A DNA stretch of 64,000 bases from Felis catus (GCF_018350175.1 NC_058368.1:191024001-191088000), one strand, 5' to 3'; shown: positions 25,943-40,323, numbered from the stretch's first letter. Notes: generated by a model not told the origin, from the letters alone. A program made the numbers and translations.

Positions 25943-26900
25943 TCCCTAAATGTTGATTTACTCTGTGTTCTGTCTAAATACCTCAAGTGCTTACCGACCA
26001 GTGAAATTTCCATCTAACTTTATTCTCTGGCTCAGTCTTTGTAGACTTTCAAAAATAAAGCTTTTAAACTGCTACATTAATTAATATCCTGAACATTATA
26101 TCCTTGAAGTTCAATTGGAATAAACTCATCACCAATAGAGTAACCTTCCTCTAGATTTATACTTTTATGTTTAATTACTTTTAAATGTTTGACTAAATTG
26201 GCTTTTCCCTGAAAACTCTTTATTGTACTTAATTAGGAGGAAACTGAGGCATCTCATCACAAACTCAATGATCACAGGCTTGCCATTTCTGAAGAATTTC
26301 AGGAACTGTTAGCCAAGTTTTCCATGATGTATGGAAAGACAGTGTTAGAACAGATACCTAACTATTTAGTAGAAAAAAAATCAGGATTCTATGGCTTGTG
26401 TAGCATTTCTTATACACATTTTCACTGAAGCTAAGTTGAACAGCCTTCACAAATTCAAGAATGAGTTGTATGAACAGAGAAAAGATAAATTGGAATGTGG
26501 AGTCTGCACTGAGGAATGGGAATCTATCCCTGAGAAGTTACTCAATGAAGACAGCAACTACCTTAACAGTCCCTGCTCCCAACCCCACAATGTTAAATAC
26601 CAACTGCATAAGCCACTGAAACAACATCCTTCAGCCCTTCCTACTCAGAGAGCTTCACCCCCTCAAACCCGATTTCTACAGCCATTCTGAGGCACTTGGC
26701 TTTATTTCAGGAAACCTGACCTTAGAGGACATTATGTTTTGTAACCAGAATTGGATAAGATGCACAGACTCTTTTTATTAACATAATATTTACATATAAT
26801 CCTAGCAGCCAAGATTTATTGAGTGCCCACTGTGTGCCAGATGCTTTGATTATAGTTTCTGTCTTCATCTCACAAAAACCCTGTGTAGTTAGTCTGATCT

Positions 26901-27236
26901 CAGGGTTTGGCAGACTTTCTCTGTAAAGGGCCAGATAGTGAATATGTTAGGCTTTGCAGGCTGCACAGTCTGTTGCAATTTTGCAGCTTGGCAGTTATGG
27001 CAAGAAAGCAGCCGTAGATGTGCATAAATGAGTGGGTGTGTCTTATTCTCATAAAACTTTTTATGAACACTGAATTTTGAATTTCATACATTTTTTCTTT
27101 TTTTTATGCGTCAAAAACTTTTTTTCTTGTTTCACTTATAAAAAAAAAAAGCAAGCCATTCTTAGCTCATGAACTTTGTAAAAACACGTGGCAGGCCAGA
27201 TTTGTCTCAGGGAGGGCCGTAGTTTGCCAACTTCTG
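26901..27236. mobile_element. MER58B-type hAT-Charlie MITE interrupting a MIR
   Basis: TIRs cagggtttggcagact and agtttgccaacttctg; ctgtaaagggccagatagtgaatat body; MIR halves on both sides. Confidence 0.88.
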
Positions 27237-27301
27237 CATTATCTAAATATTGGGGCAGAGGATTAAAGCTCAGACAGACAGTTACTAATAAGAAGCAGAG
27301 A

Positions 27302-27458
27302 GGGGCGCCTGGGTGGCTCAGTCAGCTAAGTGTCTGACTCTTGATTTTGGCTCAAGTCATGATCTAGGGTCCTGGGATCCAGCCTTACATCGGGCTCGGT
27401 GCTGGGAGTGGAGCCTGCTTAAGAGTCTCTCTCTCTCCCTCTCCCCTTCCCCATTTGT

Positions 27459-27501
<43 letters not shown>

Positions 27502-27523
27502 ATAAATAAACTTAAAAAAAATT
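27302..27523 (+). mobile_element. CAN-SINE (SINEC)
   Basis: ggggcgcctgggtggctcag head, (CT)n, aataaataaa tail. Confidence 0.96.
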
Positions 27524-28389
27524 AAGTGGAGATAATTCTGACTGGATGGTTCCTTCTCCTTTTGATTTATGTGCTTCTGTCTGTATTATGGCTCATATTT
27601 AATGGAAAGGCTAAAATCTTCCTCTAGCCAAGATCTTAACATGACTGACAAGTAAGTGGATTATGACTGAGTTGATAGCTTTCTTCTTCAAGTAACAATG
27701 AATTCAACCACAGACTATTCTCTTCAGTGGAGCTTTTCATCTCATTTGGAAAGCAAGTGGTTCTGGCAAATCAAAACTAATAAATTATGCTTGTAGTTAC
27801 TCGTTGGTCCTTACCATAAAAACAAGTTAGCTTCCCTATTCCTCTGTATTTTACTTACATGTTCTCCAATTGGTAAGCAACATTTTGGTTAAAAATTCAA
27901 GAGACTATTAGAACCAAGTTCTTGAGAAAAGGAGGAAAATAAAGAAAGAAAAAGTGTGGGAAATCAAGTATAAATTAGATTCTATTTAATATTCCCTTTT
28001 AAATGCATCTCTTAAAATTCAAGAGCAGTATCTTTCCAGCTTCCAAGACAAATCAGGAACTTCAAGCACCATGAATCAACAACTAACCATTATTTGTGGA
28101 AGGGGTACGACATCAGGCAACACATTCCCAAGAAAGAGAATAAGATGGAAGGTGGAGGGGGAGAAGGAGAGAAGAAGGAAGGAATGTTTCAGCCATGAGA
28201 AGTAAAGAGGGATACATATGGACCTGGTACACATCGCTAAAATGAGATGAGGGAGGGAAGAAAGTCTAGAAGTTGACAACAATACTGGATTGGGAGAGAG
28301 GAGCTCTGAAGGGCTTTGTAAAGAGACTGAGCTTGTAGAACAGCTTTGTACAGAAATTTCAATTAGGTATGGTTACAAGTGTCTACTGT

Positions 28390-28530
28390 ACTTATTGTGG
28401 TGATCATTTCTCAATGTACATGAATATCAAATCATCACTCTGTGCACCTGAAACTAATATCATGTTACATGTCAATTATACCTCAAACGAAAAAAAAAAA
28501 AAAAAGAAAAAGAAAGAAAGAAAAAGAAAT
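28390..28530 (+). mobile_element. Short L1 3' terminus with poly(A)
   Basis: cacctgaaactaatatcatgttacatgtcaattatacctc followed by an A-rich tail. Confidence 0.85.
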
Positions 28531-29791
28531 TAAACTTGGGATTAAAGAAAAAAAGAGTAGTCCCCTAACCGGTATCTATGGGAAACAAGAGCTTAGACAA
28601 TTCTCTTATAAGGCTAGTTAAATTGGCAGAGAAATAAGATAAATCTAATTCCAGTTATTTTTTTTAAAGATCTGACTTGCTACTTGCACTGTCTTAAGTG
28701 CTTTTCATGTAGAATTTTAATCTTTAGACAACTTTACAAGTTAGGTGCTGGAATTGCCTCCATTTTATAAGTGAGGGAACTAAGGTACAGAGAAGTTAAG
28801 TAACTGCCCCCAAATCACCCAGTGGGTAAGAGATAAAGATGGGATTAACTCAGGCCTGCCTGATGACAAAGTCTGCATTCTTAATTGCTATGCTCAACTG
28901 CTTCTCATTCCTATTAATGAATATGAAATTGAAGTAGAGTGATGTCACGATTTAATATTTTATATGAGTAATGGACTAATATAATTTTAATAGCACTTTG
29001 TAATTTATAAAATGCATTCACACACACAATGTTTCACTAGAGTTCCACAATATCCCTGTGTGGTAATTTAGGATTATCTTCTTCTAAGTGTATCAGTGAG
29101 TAAATTTATGCACAAAGAAGTGACCTGTTCAAGGTCACAGGGCTGGAAAATACTGGTGTGGTAGAAGGCAAAGAGCTGGCTCTATCTATGTATCTGGGAA
29201 CTCTGACTCTGCCACTCATGGAATCAACATCTTTGGACAAACATACCCTTTCCAACTCCAGCATCTACAACTGAAAAAATGGGGATAGAACATTTACCTC
29301 TCAGAGTCTTTCACAGCAGAATATTCTTTAACCTACACAAATGCCTTTGGTATATGTAGGCATATAACATGCAGATCTCCTTTACCTGCCTGCGATACTG
29401 GGTTTCTAAAACAAACCAACCAACGCTGAGCACATCATATCATCATGCGGTATACTTTAAATAGCTACACAATTTATTTGTCAATGATACATCAATAAAG
29501 CTAGAAAAACAAAACAAAACAAAGAACAATCCTGAATCAGAGTTGGAAAATCTAAGTTCTTTTTTCAATCATGCCCTTAGCCAGCTGTGGCATGGTATTG
29601 ATAGACTACATCCATTTTTATCCATGGGTTGGTTAACTGGGTTGTGCATAGGGTGACATCACCCTATGTGATGTCAACATGGAGCTGGGAAGAGATGTAT
29701 GCTTCATCAGAGATATTATCACCAACAACTAAAAGCTGGTCCCAGAAAACCACAGAGTGCAATGATGAGATTTTGTGAAAGGAGAAAGCAC

Positions 29792-29823
29792 TTTTTTAAA
29801 AATATTTTTTAATGTTTATTTTT

Positions 29824-29864
<41 letters not shown>

Positions 29865-30029
29865 CGTGAGCAGGGGAAAGACAGACAGAGAAAGGGAGAT
29901 AAAGAATCTGAAGCCAGCTTCAGGCTCTGAGCTGTCAGCACAGAGCCCAACATGGGGCTTGAACTCACAACTGTGAGAACAACCTGAGCTGAAGTTGAAC
30001 ACTTAACCGACTGAGCCACTCAGGTGCCC
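29792..30029 (-). mobile_element. SINEC_Fc-type CAN-SINE
   Basis: Reverse head ctgagccactcaggtgccc; TSD gagaaagcactttt (29782) / gagaaaacactttt (30033). Confidence 0.96.
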
Positions 30030-30098
30030 TAAGAGAAAACACTTTTTTCAGAGGTGAGGCTGAAATGCTTGAAGTGAGTTAAAGAATAAAACAGTATC

Positions 30099-30312
30099 AG
30101 GGCACCTGGGTGGCTCAGTCGGTTTAGCGTCCAACTTCGGCTCAGGTCATGATCTCAAGGTTCGTGAGTTCGAGCCCCGTGTCAGGCTCTGTGCTGACAG
30201 CTCGGAGCCTGGAGCCTGCTTCAGATTCTGTGTCTCCCTCTCTCTCTGCCCCTCCCCTGTTCATGCTCTGTCTCTCTCAGTCTCAAAAATAAATAAAAAA
30301 CATTAAAAAAAA
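30099..30312 (+). mobile_element. SINEC_Fc-type CAN-SINE
   Basis: Head gggcacctgggtggctcagtcgg; TSD aaaacagta at 30088-30096 and 30310-30318. Confidence 0.96.
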
Positions 30313-30719
30313 ACAGTAGCAAAACCGCATTTCCCAAGCAGTTCTCACAGTAAAAAACAAAAACAAAACAAAACAAAGCAGTAGAAAGGGCATCTTTAGT
30401 CAAAATCATGTGGGGAGCTAACTAATTGAAATAGAATGCTAGATGCTGGATTTTTCAGAGTTCAAATCCAATGTATATTATGAACCTCCAGGATCCATCT
30501 AGTACACAGAGCATTTCCTAAGCTTATATGACCACAGATTCTTAATGGAGCATTTTATAGGACTAATGTTCTATAGAATGCATTTTGGAAAATTTCACTG
30601 CAGAGGAAATAAGGCAAGCTAACAAGAACTCTAACTCCTTGTTTTAATCAGTGCAATCTAATCAAGTAATTACCTAACACCAATAATGTGCCCAATTCTA
30701 TACTAGGAGGCCATGGAGA

Positions 30720-30720
<1 letters not shown>

Positions 30721-30786
<66 letters not shown>
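30721..30786. repeat. A42 run followed by (GA)n
   Basis: Read directly from the sequence. Confidence 0.95.
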
Positions 30787-31842
30787 ACTGTCTGCATGTC
30801 TTTCTCCATAGGAGAAAAATAGACATGCTAAGTAAAGAAACCATGGTGGAAGTTCTGAAAATGGGATTCCAGGGGCCAGACTGTAGAACCAAGAGACTTT
30901 ATCATTGAGTGATACTCTCATAGTCAGAATTGAAGCATGAACCATGTAGCAAATGCTGGATACTTCAAAACATGTCAGGAAAAAAGAAGTGGACTGAGGA
31001 CATGTTTATTCGAGAATCCAAATTGGAATTTTATTCATCTATGGGAAAAAAACAACAACAACAAACTAAGAGCACTTCTTTTGGTCTTCAATCCCACAAA
31101 ATCACAAACACACTGAGATTACCATTCTACGATGTTTACCATGTTTGAGATGCAATGAGTCCCAGAAGTAAAAAGTCCAGTTGGTTCTCCTTTGGACAAA
31201 CACCAAACAGAATAGTGCTCTTCAGGATACCACATGATGCTTATTGTGAAAAGTAAACCCTCTGAACAGGCAAGAAAACCCAGAAGGGCTGCCAAATGAA
31301 GTTAATTTCAAGTAAGTAGAGAAATGTTTCTTTCGTCCTAGGATTTGGTTGGGAATAGAAATCAGGCCACGTGGTAGAAATGAAACCGTGTAAGACTCTT
31401 AGTTCTACTATGTGAGATATTGTATGCACCAAGTGATGAACTCACAACTATTGGTTTCCTTGTGTCTTTGAAAGCAACTGATAAAACACAGGGGGAAAAA
31501 AATCCAGTGACAGAAAACTCCTGGAGTTCTACACAAATGACTGTTTCCAAATTGTTTCCTATCAGGACACCTTTCCTGACACAAACCTATATTTGCAAAA
31601 TATTGTGGGGCACACAACTGAGTGGCAAGATCCACCCGGTATAGCTTTTAGACTTTTGGGCCATCTTAGTCTGTATGTAATGTTTTAAGAATTCATTCTA
31701 CCTTAGCTTCAATGCCTTCAAATCAGCATCACCGCCACCACCATATATGGCCCAAATGGAGGGGATGGACTTTGGCATATATAATCTGTAACCTAAAACT
31801 ACCAACAACGAAGATATGTATATATACGTGGGTGTACACACA

Positions 31843-31843
<1 letters not shown>

Positions 31844-31892
<49 letters not shown>
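31844..31892. repeat. (CA)n microsatellite
   Basis: Read directly from the sequence. Confidence 0.97.
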
Positions 31893-32939
31893 CCCTCTTT
31901 GTGGAACTAAGGTTTCAGGAAGTTAAGTAACATGCCCAAGGCCACCAAGCTGGTAAGGAAGAGCCAGAATCACACATGAGTCTCTCGTAACCACCCCTAC
32001 AGTCTTTCCACACAGTCTGTTTGCCTGAGCTTCTCACTACCTCTCTCCCATAAAGGTTTTAGTCTTCCCTTCTTTCTCCTTGTGTCTGTCCTTCCAGTTC
32101 CTGTCGACCTTCCTTTCTAATTCTCTCTCTAGCTACATTGCTAAACTTCCTTCCTTACTACCCTCTAGCTTACTGTTTCTTAATCAGATTCCAAAGCCCA
32201 ATCCATTAGCTTTGGAACCACCTTTCAGTCAACAGGTAACTCCCAGCCCAGGCTCCAACCCAGACAATACATAGAATAGGAATATCTGGGGGTGGAGTTT
32301 GGGCACGTGAATTTTGGTTAAGCTCCCTGAGAGATTAGTCTATGTATTATGTGTATATCAAAACTGCTTCTCTTCATACACCTATCACCAAGCCCCCTCC
32401 ATCTTACTTTTCTTCATTTCACTTCTTCCCTCAGAATGGGCTGTGTGCTTATCCTCTTTGTTGTATTTTCCTTCTACAATGTGAACTCTACATAAGCATA
32501 GGTTTTTGTCTCTTTTCTTCGTTCCTAACTCTCTCCATTAGCATCTACTTCATGATCAATAAATGTTTATTGAATAAATGAAGGAAAGGGAATCATTCCA
32601 TATTTAAACTCCATCCACAGAAGACTCCCACTAACTGGTCCTGTTAGCAATTTAAATGCTCTATCAATCATTTTTCACCACCCTTCTTCTATATGATGTT
32701 TTCAACTCAAAAACATATCACATTGTCCCTGACTTTCATCCTTACAAGACGCCCTAAGAAGATATGCATACATACACACAGTTCAACAATGCAGGAAAAC
32801 AAAACTCAAAGTTAAGTGAGCAATCTATTCCCTAAATGAAAGATCTGTGGTGGAACTCAGCACTTCTCATTCCACATTTCACTTTTTCCTCACAATACCA
32901 AGCAGATATGCATCATAACCAACTACTTATTTGAGGTTG

Positions 32940-33120
32940 AGCAGTGGTTCTCAAAGAATGGTCCCCGGCCATCAGCATCAATTGAGAATTTGTTGCAAAT
33001 CCCAATATTTAGACATGACCCCAGACATAATAAGTCAGAAACTCTGCAAAGGAGCCCCATGATTTGTTTTAACAAGTCTTCTAAGTGATGCTGGTGCACA
33101 TTCAAATTTAGAACCACTGA
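32940..33120. mobile_element. MER5A hAT MITE
   Basis: TIRs cagtggttctcaaa and tttagaaccactg; tttaacaagtcttctaagtgatgctg body. Confidence 0.9.
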
Positions 33121-33221
33121 ATTACAACAACAACAACAACAAAAAAAAAACAAACCAAACCAAAACAAAATAAAACAAAAGAAAACAAAACAAAAAAGAC
33201 TGTTAAAAGGGAAAAGCTCTT

Positions 33222-33439
33222 GGGGCACCTGGGTGGCTCAGTTGGTTAAGCATCCAACTCTTGATTTTGGCTCAGGTCATGAACTCACTGGTTCCTGTGA
33301 CCAAGCCCTACATTCAGCTCTGCACGGACAGTGTGGGCCTTGCTTGAGATTCTCTCTCTTTCTCTCTACCCCTCCCCTGCTCATGTGTCCTCGTTCTCTC
33401 TCTGTATTCTCTCTAAAATGTAAACATTTTAAATAAACA
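33222..33439 (+). mobile_element. CAN-SINE (SINEC)
   Basis: Head ggggcacctgggtggctcag; TSD gaaaagct at 33211 and 33440. Confidence 0.95.
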
Positions 33440-33644
33440 GAAAAGCTGTTTGTAAAGAAGAATGCACTGAGCAATCATCACTAATAAGCAACACAGAGAA
33501 AGAACTTTGTAAAATTAGCAGACATCACAACAGAAGGAGATAATGGGTAAAATACTTGGCCTATCTTCTATTTCATAGTAAACGTGCCCCAAAGTGCTAG
33601 GGAAAATGAATGACATAACACGTAAAGTTACACAAATATTTTAA

Positions 33645-33813
33645 AAGAGGGTAACCACAAATATACAAAGGATTGTAAGAAACTGCTGTGAAAAATTGTA
33701 TGCCAACAAATTAGATAACCTAGAAAAAAATGGATAAATTCCTGGAAACATACAATCTTCCAAAAGTGAATAGAAAATTTTAATAGATCGATTATTAGTA
33801 ATGAGATTGAATC

Positions 33814-33844
<31 letters not shown>

Positions 33845-36660
33845 CACACACACAAAAAACAAAATGAAACAAAAAAACCAAAAAACTGCCAAAAAACAAG
33901 TCCAGGACCAGATGGATTCACAGGTGATTTCTACCACACATTAAAAATAAGTTAATTCCTATTCTCCTCAAACTATTCCAAAAAAAAAAAAAAAAAAAAG
34001 GAAGGAAGGGAGGGGAACTCCCAAATTTATTCTATGAGGCCAGAATTACTCTGATTCCAAAATAAGACACTACAAAAGATGAAGATGAAAACTATGGGCC
34101 AATATTCCTGATAAATAAGGATGCAAAAAATCTTCAACAGAATATTAACAAATCACATTCAACAATACATTAAAAGGATTATTCACCAGGATCAGGTGGG
34201 ATTTATTCTGAGGATGCAAAGATTGTTCAATATCCACAAATTAATCAATGTGATACTCCACATTTAAAAAATTAAAGATAAAAAATCGTATGATCATCCA
34301 AATTGTTGCAGAAAAAAACAGTTGATAAAATTTGACATATATTCATTACAAAAACCTTCAACAAAGCAGTATTAGAGGAAATATACTTTAGCATAATGAA
34401 GGACATATCTGACAAACCCACAGCTAATATTATCCCCAGTGGTGAGAAACTTAGAGCTTTTTCCCTAAGGTCAGGAACAAGACAAGGATGTCTACTCTCA
34501 CCACTTTTTTTCAACATAGTACTGGAAATTCTAGACACGGAAATCAGACAAGAAATAAAAATCAACCATATTGGTAAAGAAGTAGTAAAACTGTCACTAT
34601 ATGCAGATGACATGATACCGTAAAAAACCCTCAAGACTCCATGATGAAAACAAAACAAAAATGAAAAACAACATTAGAACTAATAAATGAATTTGGTAAA
34701 ATTGCAAGTTATAAAATTAATGTACACACATCTGTTGTATTTATATACATTATAACAAAGTAGCAGAAAAATTAAGAAAACAATTTCATTTACAATTGCA
34801 CTGAAAATAATAAAATACCTAATATTAACCAATTAGGTGAAAGACATATATACTGAAAACTATAAAACACTGATGCAAAAATTGAAATTGATGCAAACAA
34901 ATGGAAAGACAAATATTATCATGGACTGGAAGAACTATTAAAATGTTCATACTACACAAAGCAACCTCCAGATTCAAGGCAATCACGAACAAAATACCAA
35001 AGTCATTTTTCACAGAACTAGAAAAAATAACCCTAAACTTTGTTTGGAATCACAAAAGACCGTGAATAATCAATCTTGAGAAAGAAACTCAAAGCTGAAG
35101 GTATCATAATTCCAGATTTCAAGATATACTACAAAGCTGTTGTAATCAAAACAATATGGCATAAAATAGACACATAGATCAACTCAACAGAATAGAGAGC
35201 CCAGAAATAAACCCATATTTATATGGCCAATTAATCTAAGACAAAGGAGGCAAGAATATACAGTGGGGAAAAGAAAGTCTCCTCAATAAATGAATAAATG
35301 GTGCTGAGCAAACTGGACAGCTACATTCAAAAGAATGAAACTGGACCACCTGCTTATACTATTCACAAAAATAAGCTCAAAATGAATTTAAAGAGCTAAA
35401 TGTTGAGACCTGAAACCATAAAACTAAAAGAAAATATAGGCAGTCATCTCTTTGACATCAGGCTTAGGAACATTTTTCTAGATAAGTCTCCTCAGGCAAA
35501 GGAAACAAACACAAAAATAAATTGTTGGGACTACACCAAAATTAAAAAAAGAAAAAAACTTCTGGACAGAAAGTTTGTGAAAAAACAACCCACTGAATGA
35601 TAGAAGGTATTTGCAAATGATACATCTAATAAGAGTTTAATACCCAGAATATATTAAGAACACACAGAACCAAGTAACAACAAAAATTAACTAAAAATCA
35701 AGAAGACCTAATACACATTTTTCCAAAAATGACATAGGTATGGCCAACAGACACATGAAAAGATGCTCAACATCACTAATCAACAGGGAAATGCAAGTCA
35801 AAATCACAATGAGTTCTCATCTCACACCAGTCGGAATGGCTATTATCAAAAAGACAAGAAATAACAAGTCTTGGCAAGGATGTGGGAAAATAAGAAGGCC
35901 TTGTGTTCTGTTGGTGGAAATACAAACTGGCACAACCATTGTGAAAAACAGTATAGAACTTCCCTCAAAATTCAAAACCAGAAATAACATAATCCAGTTA
36001 TTCCACTACTGGGTATTTATCCAAAGAAAAACAAAAACATTAATTCAAAAAAAGATATATGCACCTCTATGCTTATTGTAGCATCACTTATAATAGCTAA
36101 TATATGGCAACAACATAAGTGTCCAAAGGTACATGGATGGATAAAGAAGGTATGGTATGGGATGTATACACACACATATACACAATCAAATATTACTCAG
36201 CCATAAAAAAGAATGAGATCTTGCCATTTGCCACAACATGGATGGAATTAGACAGCATTATGCTACCTGAAATAACTCAGATTGGGACAAATGCCACGTT
36301 TTCACTTAATATAGGAAACCTAAGAAAACAAATGAACAAAGAAAACGTAGACACAGACCCATGAATACAGTAAACAAACTAGCAGTTGCCAGAGTGGAGG
36401 GTGATGGGGGACGGGCAAAATAAGTGAAGGAGAAAGAGGGGTAGGGGCTCCCAGTTATGGAATGAATAAGTCATGGGGATAAAAGGTACAGAATTGGCAA
36501 TATAGTCAAAGGTACTCAATAGCATTGGATGGTGCCGACGGTTGCTACACTTGTGATGAACAGAGTGTAAGGTATAAACTTGTCAAATGACTATGCTGTA
36601 CACCTGAAACTAATGTAACATTGTGTGTCAACTACACTTCAATAATAAAAAGAAGAAAGA
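33645..36660 (+). mobile_element. 5'-truncated decayed carnivore L1 (ORF2 RT to 3' UTR)
   Basis: ORF 34396-34623 [21 protein letters not shown]...SLYADDMI (RT motifs); [17 protein letters not shown]; 3' UTR and aataataaaa end. Confidence 0.96.
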
Positions 36661-37689
36661 GAAGAAGAGGGGAACGAGGCTGATCTTCTAATAATGTTAA
36701 GCCACAGTAGAGCCCAATTTGAAGCAAAGAAATACAAGTTAGTTTTTAAGTTTCTAAATACCATGCATGCATGGAATGTTTATATGGCTCTGTCCTTAGG
36801 ACCAATACCGATCATCTTCTTTCAATGGGTTACGTGATCATGAAGAAATAATAACTATGGTCCGCTATAACCATTTTGTGTGAATTTGCTTCTAATTAAA
36901 TGTCCCTGTTATATACAATGTTCTCTGGAGAATAACTTTAGAAATGTAGAATCTCTTATTGGACACAGTAGAAAGTGTCCCTTCTTATCCTTCTAGCAAC
37001 ACTAATTTACTCACCTCCAAATAATTTTTGAAGTACAGAAAAGCACTAGAAATTTCAGACAATGATATCATGTGCAGAAATGTCCAAAAATTATATATTT
37101 TCCATACTTAAGATATTTACCAGTTTAATCTACTTTTATTAAAATAAGTATTTTTAAGTATTCAATTGAGTATCTCAGACAGTGTAGACAGGTACAAGCA
37201 TACCAGTTTCCCTCTTTGGAAGAGAATGTCCTTTCCCTTTCTACAAGAAAAAAAAATTAAGAATGAATATAAACTACGTTTAGAGAATCAGAGTACGGGA
37301 TAAAAACACCTCTTTGCCCAAACCAGTAATTATTCAATTAAGTATCTAATAGTACCCAACCAAATTACAGCTAATTGAGTTACTTTTCTTTGCTCATTCT
37401 ATAAGGCAGTTAAATACATACAGCTGCCTTACATTTTTCCTTGTGCTGGCAATGATAGAAAGTATTATTTAACCAAGGCAGCCAAAATCACGTGTCTAAG
37501 TCATTCATGTATTCACTGGCTCATTCCTTTAGTAAAAGTTTGAGGGCCTACCACATTCCAGGACGATGATAACTGTGGGAGATAGGATACTCCACAGGAT
37601 AAACAGCCCTCCCACCCCTGCCCCCCTACACAGTACATACACCTCTGGCCCTATTTTCTGGGGCTTCAGAAAGCAAAATTCTACTAAGT

Positions 37690-38170
37690 GAGTCCAAATG
37701 TATTAGATGCCCATGGCTCTTGTCTTTCACTCATTCTGCCGTCCTCTTGTAGGAGAGCCCTCACTTTCCTTAGAGAACCCTACCATGTTTCAGTTTACTT
37801 GGTTTGACTGGGGCTGATTCTACCACTGAGTACCAGAACTGGTCACATGACTCAGTCCTACTTTATTCAGCATACTCTATTTTCCTGTGATTGATTCAAG
37901 TCAGAGGTAGGACTCAAACCACAATGAGATGCATGTGTGTGGTTTATGTTAGAGCTACAGGAAAACAGATACCTTATCTGATGAAACTGGTAGTTTTTTG
38001 GACAATGTAAGCTCAGAACTCTTGGAGTTACTAGAGTGACACAATCTATGGTACACTGAGGAAATCAACACGAGATGGAGAAACAGACTGTGAATTACAT
38101 TGCTTGATCCATTTCCTGTATCAAGCCATGCCTGAAGCTAGAAATAACCTCTAGTTTACATTAGAAAGCA
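37690..38170. mobile_element. MLT1-type LTR
   Basis: tgtattagatgcccat start; ggtcacatgactcag; atcaagccatgcctgaagctag. Confidence 0.65.
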
Positions 38171-38399
38171 CATATACACACTCCATATTATTCTTCCTGC
38201 TTTATTATTATTTTTAAATCTGACACTCTACATATTTTAGATGTTTATTTTCTGTCAAGATCCTTTCACTCCCATAGAATATAAGGTTGTTGAAACCCTT
38301 TTTTTCGGGGGAGGGGGGAGCATCTATTTTGTTCACTATCATGTTTCTGCATCTGGAATGGGGCTTAGCACATGGCAGTCACTCACTATTTTTCAAAAA

Positions 38400-38483
38400 A
38401 ATAAATAGGAAACAATAGCAAAGACATGGAAATAGAATCTCAGAGTCCATTGACAGGTGAATGGATAGGAAAATGTGATACGT

Positions 38484-38528
<45 letters not shown>

Positions 38529-38990
38529 ATTACACAGCCATAACTGGCCATTTGTGACAACATACAATGGACCTAAAAAGTATTATTCTAAGTGAAATAA
38601 GTCAGACTAAGAAAGACAAATCCTATGCGATTTCACTCATATGTGGAACCTAAATGACAAATGAATCAACAAACCAAAGGCAGAATCAGACCTATAAATA
38701 TGGAGAATGAACCGAAGATTATCAAAGGAAAGGGAGATGGGAGAATGGGAAAAATAGGTGAAGGGGAATGAGGGTTACAGGCTTCCAACCATGGAACGAG
38801 TAAGTCATAGAAATAAAAGACACAGCATAGGGAGAATAGTCAAAGATATTCTAATAGCATTGTATGGTGACAGATGGTAGCTACATTTGTGGTGAGCGTA
38901 ACATATAGAGAAATGGAATCACTATGTTCTACACCTGAAACTATTGTAACATTGTGTGTAAATTATATTCAAGTAAAAGAATTAAAAATA
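38400..38990 (+). mobile_element. Carnivore L1 3' fragment with internal (CA)n
   Basis: atagcaaagacatggaaa...tacaggcttccaaccatgg...cacctgaaactattgtaacattgtgtg. Confidence 0.92.
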
Positions 38991-40323
38991 GGAATTACTT
39001 TGTTCCTAATCTTCCTTTCCACTGTTACCACTAACCCTTTTCCCACGTACATACACATAGGATACCTACTTAGGGAAACTGCTAGAGCATCCTAAATTTT
39101 CATTGGATAATCATTCCTTTCTTGATCTTAATCATTGCAAAAAAAGATGTAACAATTAAGTAGACAGATTATTTTTTTTGTCATGAATCAGGAAAACTAG
39201 GCTTATAAATTAATAACCTGTTTCCTAAATGAATATGCTGGGATTAAAGCTCAACATTTGTATTTCTAAATGTAACACTCTGGAAAATACAAACATGTGA
39301 ACTCCTCTTCCTCTCTCCCACCTTTTATGTTTCCATCAAGATAGTCTCTAGTATTCTGTATGTACTCATACATGTCTACTGTATGTTGAATAGATACAAA
39401 TTAACAGGTTAAATTTTCATTTTGTATCACTATATTAAGTTTTTACTAACACCTATATCTTTACTTCTGAGAACTGCCTCCTAATTAAATGACCTTACTC
39501 CATAGGTTTGCTCTAATAACGACTTTTGATTCCAATTAATACAATGCAGTGGGAAAACTAGTTCACTGTAAAAATTTCTCCCCATTAAAGGGAAAAAAAA
39601 GGGTGAAGCAGATTGGGTCCAAAATGCTACTGGCAGGAATTGTATTCTTAATTCTTTTTTCCCAACACTGAAATGTGCCCCCTCTGTGAATTGCCTGTGC
39701 TTGTACTAACTATGTAAATGTATCTATGATTGATTTTTAAAACAGCACACCAGGGTATATTCAGCCCCCGAACAAGAAAAATATCATCCAACTGTAAATA
39801 TCCAGTGGAGTATTAAAACTGTTTCTTCTTTGCCCTGTGTAACTGCAGAACCCAAAGAGAGAAGGAACATTTCCCCAAATCTGCCTTTCCATTACATTGA
39901 ATAAACGTCAACTTGAAAACCAGGAAACAAAAATGCCATTATGAGGTCTTCTGAAATATAAAATATTCAAAAGTCTCTCTCTCCAGCTCAGGAAGGATTC
40001 CTGAAACTGCCTTTCAGGCTTAAACCTGTAGGTTAATGTTTTAAAAGTTTCCACTCTAATTGCACATTGTTATGTGTGTGTGCCCCTATTCCCAAATCAG
40101 ACACACTCTATGGGTTCCCAGTGATCATGGCATTGGATGCGTATTAATACAATGCCGTTGAAAAGCCAATCTGTTGGATGAGCTGTTCTCAGCATCACAA
40201 GAGGCAAACTGGGGGCACAATGCTGTTGCCAGTTGTGGGCCAATGTGGATTTTTTTTTTTTCATTCTCATTAAAACACGAACAACTGCTGAAATTGATAT
40301 ATATTGGTCAATGCAACATCTCA

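Noticed and set aside
30721..30786. Orphan poly(A) as a retroposon tail
   Set aside because: No element body or TSD visible; treated as a simple repeat
18634..36364. ORFs with endonuclease and RT motifs
   Set aside because: Broken L1 ORF2 remnants, neither host genes nor active elements
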